A stretch of 64,000 bases of DNA from Vicugna vicugna. Lineage: Eukaryota. Of this stretch, positions 40,830-54,689 are shown one piece after another (the stretch's first letter is position 1; each line of letters starts with the position of its first letter). The notes under the pieces are model-generated. The model searched no databases. It was not told the origin of the DNA and saw only the letters and a program-made list of their open reading frames with translations. The position numbers and the translations under genes were made by a program. Where the stretch lies: assembly GCA_013265495.1 (NCBI GenBank), contig MU058039.1:374591-438590 (forward strand), given 5' to 3'.

Positions 40830-41440
40830 AAGCTATTAATATGTGGAAAAACTTTAATGAATCTCAAGGATATCATGCTGAATGAAAAATTCCAATCTCA
40901 AAAATGTAATTGACATATAATATTTACATACTATATGAATCCATTTATACAACATTCTGGAAATCACAAAATTATAGAGATTGAAAATGTATTAGTGACT
41001 GCCAAGGGTTAGGAAAGGGGCAGTGGCAGTGGTGGTTATGACTGCAAGAGATAGTATGAGGGGGAGGGTATAGCTCAAGTGGTAGAGTGCATGCTTAGCA
41101 TGCTTGAGGTCCTGGGTTCAATCCCCAGTACCTCCTCTAAAAGTAAAATAAAACATAATTACCTCCCCCTGCCAATTGAAAAAAAAAAGGAGAGATAGCA
41201 TGAGAGAGCATCTTTGTAGTGATGGACTAATTCTGTATCTTGATTGTCGTGGTGGTTATAGGAATCCACGTATGTGATGAAATGATGTAAAATTATACAC
41301 ATATATTGTGCCAATGTTTATTTCATGGTTTGATATTGTACTATAATTATGTAAGATATATTCATTGGGCAAAACTGGGCAAAGGGTACAGAAGACTCTT
41401 TGGACTATCTTTACAAATTATTTCAAAATAAATGCTTTTA
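40830..41440 (+). mobile_element. L1MC-type 3' end with nested SINE
   Basis: atgaatctcaaggatatcatgctgaatgaaaa..ttctgtatcttgattgtcgtggtgg..ttatttcaaaataaa. Confidence 0.8.
41061..41190 (+). mobile_element. tRNA-Ala-derived SINE
   Basis: GGGGAGGGTATAGCTCAAGTGGTAGAGTGCATGCTTAGCATGCTTGAGGTCCTGGGTTCAATCCCCAGTACCTCC with intact A and B boxes. 14-bp TSD AGAGATAGTATGAG / AGAGATAGCATGAG. Confidence 0.92.
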
Positions 41441-41869
41441 AAACTTCCTGTGTTCCATAAGGTATATATAATTTTGTCTTATATTTTTATTCCTTAAACA
41501 CTACCATGTACCTTTTCTATTTTTGTTTATTTTCACATATTATGAATATATTGTTATATATTAAGGTTGTTTTGCATTTTTGTTACTAAAGTTACCACTA
41601 TTGGTACATGTCAGTTATTCCTGGGCTTTTTCCACAAGGAATGATAGTTGTATTTCACATAGGAAATTCCTCAGCCAAAAGATTTAAAATTAAAAGATCA
41701 TGTGCCCAACTAATTTAAGATAATTAATTGATTAGTCATTGAAAATTTATTTTAAGTCATACAAAACTGTATGAATATCTTAAACAACCTGTAACTATTG
41801 ATTTACACCCGTAACTGTTTCACACATGTTTCAACATAGAGCCAGGACATGTTCTCCCTAACTGCAGTT

Positions 41870-43060
41870 TTGCCTGTTCTTTCTTATATCTTGTTTCTTT
41901 CTTCTCCCTTGTGGTTTGATGACTTTCTTTACTGTTTTTTTTTTTAAATAAGATTGCATTCTCATTATCTTTTCCGTATTTACTATCGTTTTTGCTTTGT
42001 GGCTACCATGAGGCTTACAGATATCAGTGTGTGTGTGTATGGTCCATATTAAGTTGATAGCAAATTAAGTTGAATGCATTCTAAAACTCTGCAGTTTTAC
42101 TCCCCTTCTCCCACATTTTGTTTCTGGTTTCATATTTTACATCTTTTCATTTTGTGTATCCCTTAACTAATTATTGTAGTTACAGACTTTATTACTTTTG
42201 TCTTTTAGCTTTTATGTTAGCTTTATTAGTGTTTAGTCCACTACCTTTAGTATATATTTATTTTTACCAATGAGATTTTTAGTTTCCTATTTTTTATACT
42301 AATTAGTGCCCTCTCTTTTCAGCTTAAAGAAGCCCCTTTAACATTTTTTATAAGGCCAGTGTAGTGGTGGTGACCTCTTTTAGCCTTTGCTTGTCTGGAA
42401 AACTCTTTATCTCTCCTTTAATTCTGAATGATAACCTTATCAGGTAGAGTATTCTTGATTGAAAGTTTTTTGCTTTCAGCACTTTGAATATATCACGCCA
42501 CTCCCATTCTGGCCAGCAAAGTTTCTGCTGAAAAACTGTTAAGACTGGGGTTGTGTTTCAGTCTGCTGTCTGTGTAGTACCCTGAGAGTAATAGCCTGCC
42601 AAAAACTTTGATTGTTTCAGTCTCATGGAACCCAGAAACAAGCCCTCCTGGCCCTCAGAGCCAGGCATTCAAGGCCTGTCCCCTTGTGGACTGCACCTGG
42701 GAGTGGGCTTGGGTCATCCCCTGTGTTGACTGGACTTGTGTTGGGTGGGGCCACAAGAGGGGGCACCAGGCTAGGGCAAGACCACCCAATGGGTTGGGTC
42801 AGGCCGTGGGGCACACTGGGCTGGGGCAAGTCCAGTCACGAGCTTGACTGGGGCTCTGGGTAGCACCACCCACTGGTGCTAGCAGGGTAGAGGGAGAGCA
42901 CAAAAATGGCCCTCACCAGCACCTCCACGCCTGGAGAGAGTTCCAGTGGATTCCAGTAGATGCTTTACCAAATGAATCTCCGATTATGGACTAGGCATTT
43001 TTCAACCTGCTGCTATTTCCCTGAGTCTTGGGGTGAGTGAGTCTGTGCACAAGCCCTTTA
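41870..43060 (-). mobile_element. L1 fragment (ORF1 end/inter-ORF plus GC-rich 5'-like segment)
   Basis: Collinear with 3150-3800 of the first L1 (ttctgaatgataacc..ggtagagtattc..ttcagcactttgaatat). Confidence 0.8.
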
Positions 43061-43689
43061 ACCAAATAAACATTGCTTAAAAGAAAGAATTAATGAAGCA
43101 AATGCTGAAGCAAGGAGAATTAGGCAAAATAAGAAAAATTTAAGAGAGAGCAGATAAAATGAAAAACAGGGTCAAAATTTTTTTTAGGGAGTGAAGAAAT
43201 TTACAAATATCCAAATGGAAAAAAAAGAGAAATGGGAAGAAACATGACTCAAACCATGGATAAATTTCTCACTGGAGAAAAAGAATGGCACTTACCTCTT
43301 TTTTTTTTTTTAGAGAATTAATCTTTTAATGCTTAACATGTGCTAAATGTTGATTATACCATACTGGGTGAAACAGTCTTAAATCTTTAAGTGGTATTCC
43401 ATGATTGGGGTAGTACCTGAACAATCTTTTTTTGTTGTTGAACTCCTCAGATGAATTTGACCCAAACAAAACTTTATATATCTAATCACCTGCCTCAACT
43501 TTTATCAGTTCTTTTAAATTTTCTATTTATTTTTTAGGCTTTTTTCATATTGCCCAGAATTTGAGAATTTTTAAACCCATTCACATTTCATATGCTCTGT
43601 TTATTTTAGGATTCAACTCTTATGTCAGCATTGGAAATTTTATTTTTTTGAACAGTAAAACTGTATGAATTTATCTTCTTATTTTTCAG

Positions 43690-45371
43690 ACATGCAGTCC
43701 AGGTGTCAGACCAAGAAGTTATCACCAAAAAATGGCGTTTTTCACAGAGAATTTCCTCAATGGCAAATAATGGAAATTTGTAAAAAACGTAGTCTTGAAT
43801 GTTTATGTTTTAGAGGTGATTGGGAGAGCAAAAGTCGGTTTGAAACACTACAGAAAAATCAGGAAGAATGTTTTAAGCATGTTTTACTCTCCTGTGAAAA
43901 AATTCCCACTTTTAACCAGGACACAGCTTTTAATCTGCATCATAGACTTGATATAGGAAAGAAACTGAATGTATTTAAAGAGTGTAGTACAGCCTTTTAT
44001 TCTGGCTCAGACTGTATTCAACAACAGTTAATTCAAACTGGTGAAAAATTTTGTGACAATAAGGAATGTGGCAAGATTGTTCTTCCCAATTCAGAGTTTA
44101 CTAAATATCAGACAGCTCACACTGCTAAGAAAACATATGAATGTAAAGAATGTGGGAAGTCTTTTAGTTTGCGTTCAAGTCTTACTGGTCATAGGAGAAT
44201 CCATACTGGTGAAAAACCTTTTAAATGTAAGGAATGTGGGAAGGCCTTTAGATTTCATTCACAACTTAGTGTCCATAAGCGTATTCATACAGGTGAGAAA
44301 TCTTATGAATGTAAGGAATGTGGGAAGGCCTTTAGTTGTGGCTCAGACCTTACTCGACACCAGAGAATTCATACTGGTGAGAAACCCTATGAATGTAATG
44401 AATGTAGGAAGGCCTTTAGTCAGCGATCACATCTTACTAAACATCAGAGGATTCACACTGGTGAAAAACCTTATGAATGTAAGGAGTGTGGGAAGGCTTT
44501 TACTCGTGGCTCACATCTAACCCAACATCAGAGAATTCATACTGGTGAGAAATCTCATGAATGTAAAGAATGTGGAAAAGCCTTTATTCGTGGTTCAAAT
44601 CTTGCTCAACATCAGAACGTTCATGTTGGCAGGAAGCCCTATGAATGTGAGAAATGTGGAAAAGCCTATATCTGGAGTTCACACCTTGCACGACATCAGC
44701 GAATTCATACTGGTAGGAAACCTTATGAATGTAAGCAATGTGGGAAGACTTTTATTTGGGCCTCATACCTTGCTCAACATGAGAAAATTCATAATGAGAG
44801 GAAACTCTATGAATGTAAGGAATGCAGAAAGACCTTTCTTCATGGCTCAGAGTTTAATCGACATCAGAAAATTCATACTGGTGAGAGAAACTATGAATGT
44901 AAGGAATGTGGAAAGACCTTTTTTCGTGGTTCAGAACTTAATCGACATCAGAAAATCCATACTGGAAAGAGATCATATGAATGTGAAGAATGTGGAAAAG
45001 CCTTTCTCTGGGGTTCACAACTTACACGACATCACAGAATACATACTGGTGAGGAACCTTATGTGTGTAAAGAATGTGGGAAATCTTTTATCTGGGGTTC
45101 CCAGCTTACACGACATAGGAAAATTCATACTGAGGTAGAATCCTATAAATGTAAGGAAAATGACCAGTTTGTTAGTCACCATTCATATTTTACTGAAAAG
45201 AAAATTCACAATGGTGAGAATCCGTATCAATGGAAAGACTATGGGAATACCATTAGTCATGACTCAGACTTTGCTCAACACCAGAATATTTACACTTTTG
45301 AGAAATCCTATGAATATAAAGATCTTGAGACAGCATTTTCTCCAAACTCTCACTTTACTTCATTATTGTGA
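43690..45371 (+). CDS. ZNF790: ZNF790 terminal exon: linker, 12 intact C2H2 fingers and flanking degenerate fingers
   Basis: Acceptor ttatttttcag|AC ([10 protein letters not shown]). Finger helices ([48 protein letters not shown]) match recalled human ZNF790. Joined CDS 9+124+96+1682 = 1911 nt = 636 aa plus stop. Confidence 0.96.
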
Positions 45372-46213
45372 AATCTTATGATATAAAAATGTAGAAAAGT
45401 CTTTATTCATGATTCATTAATTGATGTCAGTTAATTCCTTCTTTTGAGAAAACCCATTGTGTAAGTAATATTGGAAAACCTTTTGATGGAGCACAAAACA
45501 CTCAATAGCAAAGAATTCCTATTACAATCTGTATTAACAGAGGAGAAGAACATTTACTGATTGGTTGTCAGTTACAGAATATCTGAGTAAAACCAAATGA
45601 ATGAGATAACAGTGTGAATCCTTTTTGAATATTCTCAAAACATTCTCCACATCATTGATACAGAATTTAAATCCAATTCTTATAGAGAAACCTTCCATCA
45701 CTACTTAAATCTTGTTGCACTTCCACAGATTCTTATGAAAGGCAAATTTATGTTTTGTAATTAACCTGGGAAAGCCTTGTGTTATGTCATGCAACTTATT
45801 TGGCACGTCTTATTTTCAGTACCTCTTACTTCCTAATTTTTGGAAAGTAACAATTTTGTTTCTGTTTGCTTACTTGTTAGATTGTAAGGGTTAAATGAGT
45901 TTGAGGATTTAAATGACTTAATGATCATCATTAACAATAGTATTGGACCATTTCTATGAGAGGAAGACCTTGAAAGTACAATGATTGTAGAGAAATGTGC
46001 CATCTATATGTATGTCTTACTGAACGGCAGAATGTTAATTCTGAAGAAAAATCAGTAAAACAGAATGAAGTGAAGAAAACTTTGAATCAGTTTTAATTTC
46101 ATTTGCTACATTAAAAAAACCCTCATACTATAGAGGAAGCCTGATGGTTTTAATGAAAGTGCTGGTGTTAAGTGCTCAGCATTTTTAAAGGCATTTGGAA
46201 GTGATCTGTTTCC

Positions 46214-46219
46214 AATAAA
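46214..46219 (+). terminator. Candidate polyadenylation signal of ZNF790
   Basis: First AATAAA I see after the stop codon, about 840 nt downstream. Confidence 0.4.
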
Positions 46220-46785
46220 TTTCTAAAGCCAGACATCATAACCATTTTATCACCGCTATTAAAATTTAGAAATTAGAGAATGGCCAAATGAATTCTAACA
46301 TCTTGGAAGATTAATGCTACATATGTAAACAATTCTCAGGTTAATGAGTAAATCAGAAGTGAAATTATGGGCTATTTGGATTTGAATGATAATGAGACCT
46401 CCGGTAAATCAAATCTATGAATGTGACCAGAGCACTTCTCAATGGAAACTGCTCTATGTATAAAACCAGGAAGATCTGAGGACAGTTTTTCTTGTCACCA
46501 CTGTATCTCCAGCTCTTAGAACAGTGCCTGTAGTATTGTGGGGTCCAAATATTTGTCAGATTAAATAATGATTACTCAAATAAACAAGCTAAAATAAGAG
46601 CAACTGCCCCAAATGATGGAAAGGTTTGATGAAAATAATGCAAAAGCGTGGAAGAACAATAGAGAAGATTTTAAAATTTTAAACCAAAATGTTTCTTTGA
46701 AGAAAAGTGTTATTTGCTAGATTTTGGCAGTGCCTCCACATTGTAAGAAGGGAGAAATGTTATATAATTTTTGAAGGTCATGTAA

Positions 46786-46852
46786 ATATATATATATATA
46801 TTTATTATATATATATTATATATAAATATATATATTTATTATATGTATATAT
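46786..46852. repeat. (AT)n-rich compound microsatellite
   Basis: Directly visible. Confidence 0.85.
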
Positions 46853-47855
46853 AAAGTGTGTTAGACACAGTTTTAAAATATAGAAGGTATAGTTTATTCT
46901 CTAGGAAAATATTTTTAAATGATTAAAATTTGAGAGTAAATAAAAAGGATCAACTGAGGAAAAAATGTTTTTTTTTGAATTATGTAGTACCAGATAATTG
47001 TTCAGGCTATTCCCGAAGGAACAGAAAATCCTATGGAAAAGTTGTTCGTTCATGCTAAAAGACTAACATAATTCTGATGATAAAATTAGATGTAGAGTAG
47101 CCATTGAACAACAAATTCCAAAATAATTTCAGTCATGAACATACAATGAAAAAAACTACTACAGTAGTCAAATGGTGTTTACTCAGAATGTTTTAGCTCT
47201 GTTCTAGATGAGTGGTAATTCTATTAGACAACAGCAAGATATCAATGAAGAAAACCTCAGTTTGGCACTGAATAAATTTATGCCATGTGCATTTTCTTGG
47301 TGCCTTTTAGTATTACATGAATTAAGGAATGGTGAGTATATGTATGTATATTTAGTGCATTTATAATTCAGTTATTTAACAGTAGTTAAACAGTATTAGG
47401 GAGCAGTAGTTCCCTCCTGAATTATTGTCTTATATATAGAATTTCACAACTCAGGGGGGAAATGAAAATTTTTTGATATATCACTTTATTATAATAAGCT
47501 ATTTCATTTATGCTGACTAAATTTTATAAGGTGACAAATACACTGAGAAACATAACATTTAGGGCTTTCTGGACATCCATATTCAGATAAGTATAGAATA
47601 TTCCTTTTTCCTTTGGCTCAGACTGCCTTGTTTAGTATCAGTGTGCAAATCTATTGCTTCCATCTCCTTCATGGTGAATTTCTGAAGCTCCTTGAATGCC
47701 TGAGATATATGCTTCTTGAACTCCAGTCCACTGATATATTTGTGAATATTGATAATATCTTTTCTAGTCTACCTTATAGAACACAGAATGGCCCTTAGTT
47801 TTTCCCTAACCACCTTTTCAGGAGCCATTTTACTAGAACCATTTTGGGAAATAAC

Positions 47856-49150
47856 TTTTTTTTAATTGAAGTATAGTCAGCTTACAATGCTGTGTCAATT
47901 TCTGGTGTACAGTATGATGTTTCAGTCATACATATACATACATATATTTCCTTTTCATATTCTTTTTCATTATACATTACTACAGGATATTGAATATAGT
48001 TCCCTGTGCTATACGGTAGAAACTTGTTGTTAATTTACATACAGTAAGTATTTGCAAATCTCAAATTCCCAATTTATCCCTTCCAGCCTCTTTTACCCCC
48101 TGGTAACCATAAGTTTGTTTCCTATGTCTGTGAGTCGGTTTCTGTTTTGTAAATAAGTTTTGTGTCTTTTTTTTAATATTCCACATATGAGTGATATCAT
48201 ATGGTATTTTCCTTTCTCTTTCTGGCTTACTTCACTTAGAATGACATTCTCCAGGTCCATCCATGTTGCTGCAAATGGAATTATTTTATTCCTTTTTATG
48301 GCTGGGTAATATTCCATTGTATAAATATACCACAACTTCTTTATCCAGTCATTTGTAGATGGACTTTTTGGTTGTTTCCATGTTTTGGCTGTTGTAAATA
48401 GTGCTGGTATGCACTTTGGGATGCATGTAGCCTTTCGAATTACAGGGTTCTCTCCACACATATGCCCAGCAGTGTGATTGCTGGATCATGTGGTAAGTCT
48501 GTTCTTAGTTTTTTGAGGAAATCTCCATACTGTTTTCCATAGTGGCTGCACCAAACTACATTCCCACCAACAGTGTAGGATTCTCTTTTCCCCACACCCT
48601 CTCCAGCATTTATCATCTGTGGACTTTTTAATAATGGCCATTCTGACTGATGTGAGAGAATAACTCATTGTAGTTTTGATTTGCATTTCTCTGATAATTA
48701 GTGATACTGAGCATTTTTTCATGTGCCCGTTGGCCATTCGTATGTCTTCTTTGGAGGATTTCTTGTTTAGGTCTTATGCCATTTTGGATTGGGTTGTTTG
48801 GGGGTTTTTTTGTTACTAAATTCTATGAGCTGTTTATATATTCTAGAAATTAAGCCCTTGTCAGTCACATCATTTGCAAAAATTTTCTCCCATGCATAGG
48901 TTGTCTGTTTTGTTTATTATTTCCTTTGCTGTGCAAAAGCTTAGAGTTTGATTAGGTCCTATTTGTTTAGTTTTGCTTTGATTTCTGTTGCCTGGGTAGA
49001 CTGCCCTAGGAGAACACTGCTAAGATTTATGTCAGAAAATGTTTTGCCTGTGTTTTATTCTAGGAGGTTTATGTTTTAAGTCTTTAAACCATTTTAAGTT
49101 TATTTTTGTGTATGGTGTGAGGGAGAATTCTAACTTCATTGACTTATATA
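47856..49150 (-). mobile_element. 5'-truncated relatively young L1 (ORF2 C-terminus, 3'UTR, polyA)
   Basis: Peptides [38 protein letters not shown] and WIKKLWYIYTMEYY..FAATWMDLE..LSEVSQ. Confidence 0.93.
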
Positions 49151-51069
49151 GAACTTTTTAATAATTAGTTTTAGTACAGCTGGATAAAATTTAGGGGAAA
49201 AACTTAAGATTCATTCCTGGCAGTATAAAGCAGGGTAAATTCCCAATAAGTCAAGAGATATAAACATTTTTTTTAAAGGGTTGTGGGGTGGGGGAGAAAC
49301 TGTACAAGTACTGCAAGAAGACATAGGTGAATTTATTTATAGCCTTGGAATTGAGACATAAATAACTCAGAAATCCAGAAATAAGGAGAAAGCAACTAGA
49401 GGTCTGAGATCAGAATTACAAGTTACACTACACTGAGATACCACTTCATACCAATCAGATGGGCAAAAATCCAACAAGGTATTAAAATACTCTGTTGACA
49501 AGACTGGAAAAACAAGGACTCTCACACTGCTAATGAAAATGCAAAATAGTACAACTCAATAGGAGAGAATTGAGCAGTGTCTGTGTGTAATCTTATATGA
49601 ATATGCCATAAGACCCAGCACTCTTGCTTCTGTCCTAAAGATATACTGGTAAAATTACAAAATGTGGTATGAACAGAAGAATTTTAAAAATGCTGTATGG
49701 AGCATTTTACAGCAGACTGGAGACAATTCAAATGTGCAGCATAAATTGGCTTGATTAACCATCATGTATATGTACATTGGAGTATTTTACAGCTGTATAC
49801 ATCTATGGAGTGGTCTTCAGCATACGTTAAATGAAAAAATAGGTAAGTGCAATAATATGTGTACTATGCTAATATTTGTGAAAAGAAGGGAGGAATACTA
49901 TATATGCCTGTACTTTCAGAAAGAAAGTGAAGAAACAACATTTGGGAGAGGGCAAGGATGGAAGGTAGTTATCTTTTGTTGTACCTTGTTTTGTATTTTG
50001 ACTTTGTATCCATGCAGATACTTTACATATTGGCTTTTATTTAAAAAAAATAAAGAAGTCAAAGGGAAAAATAGCCATCCTAAATATCAAAACCAGTGAA
50101 TTTGATTCAGCATCAGCGTATTACACAACAAACATAATTATAATTTCAAGTGCTGTTAAAATATTTTGACTTAGAGGAAAGCTGTATCTCAAGGACAAAG
50201 GAGAAATACAAAGAAATCTATACTGGCTTTACTCGTCTTTTGTTAATGGTAATATCGGTATTATTGTTGATGAGTCCAAAATTAAGTATGTAACTTAATT
50301 TAACAAGGAGTTCAATTTTTGCAAAAGAAAAAATAAGGTGCCCTGTAGTCTTTTCATTTCCTGTGCCAGGAACCTGGACAAGGACCAAATATATTTCTTA
50401 TTATACCATAGAGAGGTATCCCACTACCCCTCCTCAGATCTGAAGTGTGATTAAAGAAAAGGTGTGGACTTTGCACACAGGAAAGCTCTGAGGTTTTCCA
50501 TAGACCTATGTCTGTAGATGAATTTTGTTTAACGTTGATTGGCCTCAGTCTCATTAAGTGGTTGGGGCCTGCTTACAGAGAGATCAGGGAATCTTCCATG
50601 GGAATCTCTGAAAGGTAAAACCTTGAAACAGGGTCCACTTTGTGGTTGAATGGAATGTGCTAGTTTTGACATCTTTGTGATTCTGATACATGCTACATCA
50701 ATGTTCTTTATCTCAGGAACAAGGAAAATGTATAAGGAAGGATGGTGGATTTATAAGAAAATTATCCAATGCATAAATATTAGATTATTCTCTCAGAGTT
50801 GAAGAAGTCTTAAGGTTATTGTCCAACATAAATTATTTTCTACATTCTGTGATTCAGATTGACTGTTATATAGCTAATAGAAATCACTTAGAATTTATCA
50901 AAACAAAGAAAAATTAGGATATAATATGACATAATGAACTTGAGAATTAAAGAATAAAGTTCTTTAATTTTATGTAAACTTATTATTCTAAAAATTTTTA
51001 TACAGCATTTAAGAAAAAATCTAAGTTTTCCTTCATTTTTTCTTCTATTCATTATAAATAATTATATTC

Positions 51070-51890
51070 ATTCAGCACATATATACATCTTCTTTATTCA
51101 TTTGTTTGTTGATGGACATTTAGGTTGCTTCTCTGTCTTGGCTATTGTAAATAGTGCTGCTATGAACACTGGGGTGCATGTATCTTTTCAAATTAGGGTT
51201 TTCTGAAGATATATACCCAGGAGTGGAATTGCTGGATCATATGGTAAATCTATTTTTAGTTTTTAAAGGAAACTCCATACTGTTCTCCATAATGGCTGCA
51301 CCAATTTACATTCCTTTTTCTCCACACTCTCTGTAGCACTTTTATTTTCATTTAAGTGTAGTTTACAGTGTTGTGTCAATTTCTGGTGTACAGCATAATG
51401 TTTCAGTCATACATACATATATATGTTTTCATATTCTTTTTCATTATATGTTACTACAAGATACTGAATATAGTTCCCTGCAGCATTTACTATTTGTAGA
51501 CCTTTTAATGATGGCCATTCTGACTGGTGTGAGGTGACACCTCATTGTAGTTTTGATTTGCATTTCCCTGATAATTAGTAATATTGAGCATCTTTTCAGG
51601 TGCCTGTTGGCCATCTGTATGTCTTCTTCATGGGAGAAATGTCTGTTTAGGTCTTCTGGCCATTCTTTGATTGGGTTTTTCTGTGTTTGTTTTTGTTACT
51701 GAGTTATATGAGCTGTTTGTATATTCTGGAAGTTAAGCCCTTGTCAGTCACATCATTTGCAAATATATTCTCCCAGTCCTTAGATTTTTTGTTTGTTTGT
51801 TTGTTTTATGGTTTCTTTTGCTGTGTAAAAGCTTATAAGTTTGATTAGGTCCCATTTGTTTATTTTTGTTTTTATTTCCAATAAGTTTTT
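51070..51890 (-). mobile_element. L1 ORF2 3' fragment with a nested L1 3' end (about 51342-51477)
   Basis: Collinear with 48340-48980. The nested piece is flanked by ctgtagcactt / ctgcagcattt. Confidence 0.88.
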
Positions 51891-52251
51891 TTAATGACAT
51901 TTTTTTAGAAAGACGATAGAAGAACTCATTTACTGAGAATTTTAAAGGCAGGAATATAGCTTGTTTGTATCCTCTATTTCATTTAATTGGGAAACATTTA
52001 TTTGTTCCCAGAAATGTTTGTGTATTTAAAGGAACTCCACAATATATAGGAAATTTTGCATTCAGCAACAAGATTTTTCAAGAAAATGCAGTAACTGCTT
52101 CAGAACACTAGTTTCCTGTCTCTTACCTTTGTCTTAGGTTTCCAGTCCCAGCCTATAGTCCTCCTTGCTGCAATAAAGTCTTTCATTTCTTCTTCCTTCT
52201 TAGATATATTTTCTTTAATTTTACCAGTAACATGTTGGCTTATGGTTTTAG

Positions 52252-52419
<168 letters not shown>

Positions 52420-52884
52420 TGAATTCAGAACTCTCTTTTTAAGACACTAGCTGAATTTCTTCTCTGTTTCTCAGGGAATGGACTGAACTTTGTTGGTTTG
52501 CAAGTGGCCACTTATAGTAAATACCTTAATTTTCACCATGTTTCAGTGACCCTCATAAAACATTCCTGTCTCCATTCTATAATTGCTTCTTCCTGAAATG
52601 ACTAAGGGACTAGATTTGAATTCTAGGATATTTACTCCAAAACCAATGTCAAAGAAATCAGGTTTCACAGTGTATTTGAGCTTAGAATTGCTATGAGTGC
52701 CCTTTTATTTGATAACCTTCCTGCAAGGGTAATAGCCCAACCCAGGGCCTATAATTAAATGTGGTGGTTGAGATCAAAAAAATTCATTTACAATTAAAGT
52801 GAACACATTCTGTTTCCTACAGCAAGCATTTTCTTTTGCTTAATTTGCAGTTGAATGTTCAAATCTATAAGCTTAGTATTTTTG

Positions 52885-53180
52885 TTTTTTAATTTTTTTA
52901 TTAAAAATTTTTTAAATTGAGTTATAGTCAGTTTACAGTGCTGTGTCAATTTCTGGCGTACAGCATAGGTTTTCAGTCATATATGAATATACATATATTC
53001 ATTTTCATAGTCTTTTTCCCCATGAGCTACCACAGTATCTTGTATATATTTCCCTGTGCTATACAGTATAAACTTATCTATTCTGTATATACCTGTCATT
53101 ATCTACCAACCTCCCAGTCTGTCTCTTCCCACCCACCTCCCTGCTGGCAACCACAAGTTCTGTGCCTGTGAGTCTGTATT
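52885..53180 (-). mobile_element. 5'-truncated L1 3'UTR
   Basis: T-rich tail, then gtcagtttacagtgctgtgtcaatttctggcgtacagc..ccctgtgctatacag. Confidence 0.85.
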
Positions 53181-53299
53181 AACTTGGTATTTAACTTGGA
53201 ATGATTATCCTAACAAGAACCTGAGAGTATCTTAGGAATTGTCTTGTTTTGCTCTATGTAAATTAGCTTACTATATATACTATGTACTATTCTAAATTC

Positions 53300-53455
53300 T
53301 AAGTATTAGCCACCATTTTTATTTCCGTTTTCCAAATGGAAAACTGAGCCCCAGAGAATTTAAGTTGTTTGCCTATAGTCATCTAGCCAATAGGTGGCAG
53401 AGGCCAGATTTGAACTCACAGTCTGGTTCCAGAGTCTGTGCTTTCAATTATTACT
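53300..53455 (-). mobile_element. MIR SINE
   Basis: MIR core ccgttttccaaatggaaaactgagccccagaga..ggcagaggccagatttgaactc. Confidence 0.85.
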
Positions 53456-54293
53456 GCTTCTCAATAAAGCAAGCTGCCAGTATGAACTTTAATTCCATAA
53501 TGATACCTTTCCATTACCTATCAAGTTTGTTTATTTGCTGTGATATTGAGGTTATCCTAAATTAAATGTTCTTGAATGCTATCACTTTTTTCTTCTCTGA
53601 AGTCTTTGTCCGTAGTATGTTGATCCATACTTTATGTAGTTACAACCCTGACACTTGGTTTTTCTTTTTTTGTAATGCAAGTGCCTGACTTAAGCTTTGA
53701 TCACTGAGGCATCTGTGGCCCTATCCCCACCACTGAGGCCAAATGCAGACTCTAGCCCTCTGACCCTCATTGGGCTGTAACAAAGTATCCCAACATCCCC
53801 ACCAGACTGTGTCAGAAAAACCGTAGTATGAAGCCTAACTTTTTCATCTCCACCAGGCAGTAACGGGCCCCTCAGATATCAGTACAGTGTCAAAATGTGG
53901 AGCCTAGCCTTCTGTAACCAGTGAAAATATTGTTCAGGGAATAAGAAATCAAGAACATCCTCAGATAAAGGAAAGGCTCTTTACCAACACACCTACCCCC
54001 CAAAGAATGCGTAAAGAAATGCCTTAAACAAAAATGAAACCTTAAACAAAGAATCATGGAAAACTAGGAAGGTAGAAAAACCACATAAGAGCAACATTGT
54101 GTGTACAACAGCTGACTTTCCTTAGTTATGTTTGACAGTTGAAGCAGAAATCAGTAACACTGTCCAATGTGGTTTTCAGTATATATAGAAGAAACAGTCA
54201 AGTCGGTTATAAATGGGGCAGTATAAAGGAAGGTAAGGTTTCTACGCTTAAGCTGGATAAATAATGAACTATTATACTTCAATAAGTTAGGTA

Positions 54294-54634
54294 CAGTTGA
54301 CCCATATCCATGGGTTCCACATCTGCAGATTCAACCAACCTTAGATTGAAAATATTTCAGAAAAAACTCCAGAAAGTTCCAAACAGTTAAACCTGAATTT
54401 GCCTCATAGTCAACTATTTGCAAAGAGTTTACATTATATTCACAACTATTTACACAGCATTTACAATGTATTAAGTATTATAAGTAACCTAGAGATAATT
54501 TAACATACAGGACTTGCATATGTAGGTTATATGCAAGTACCACTTTATGTAAGTAGGGACTTGAGCATCCATGGATTTTTGATATATGCAGGGGGTCTTG
54601 GCACCAATACCCTGTGGATACCAAGGGACAACTG
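54294..54634. mobile_element. MER2-like Tigger MITE (341 bp)
   Basis: TIRs CAGTTGACCC..ATCCATGGG / GGATACCAAGGGACAACTG and TA TSD. Confidence 0.85.
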
Positions 54635-54689
54635 TATACATTACTTAATGCCTAAAGCAATACTGCAAAATACAAGATACACACCCAAA

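Noticed and set aside
41061..41135. Genuine tRNA-Ala genes at the SINE copies
   Set aside because: Extra 5' bases, shared non-tRNA tail, A-rich ends, TSDs and divergence among copies indicate SINEs.
43665..43689. ORF-track start MNLSSYFS for a 568-aa protein
   Set aside because: This is the intronic polypyrimidine tract; the exon starts at 43690 and joins KRAB-B in phase 1.
44041..45381. Alternative-frame ORFs overlapping ZNF790
   Set aside because: Same shifted-frame effect of the finger repeats.
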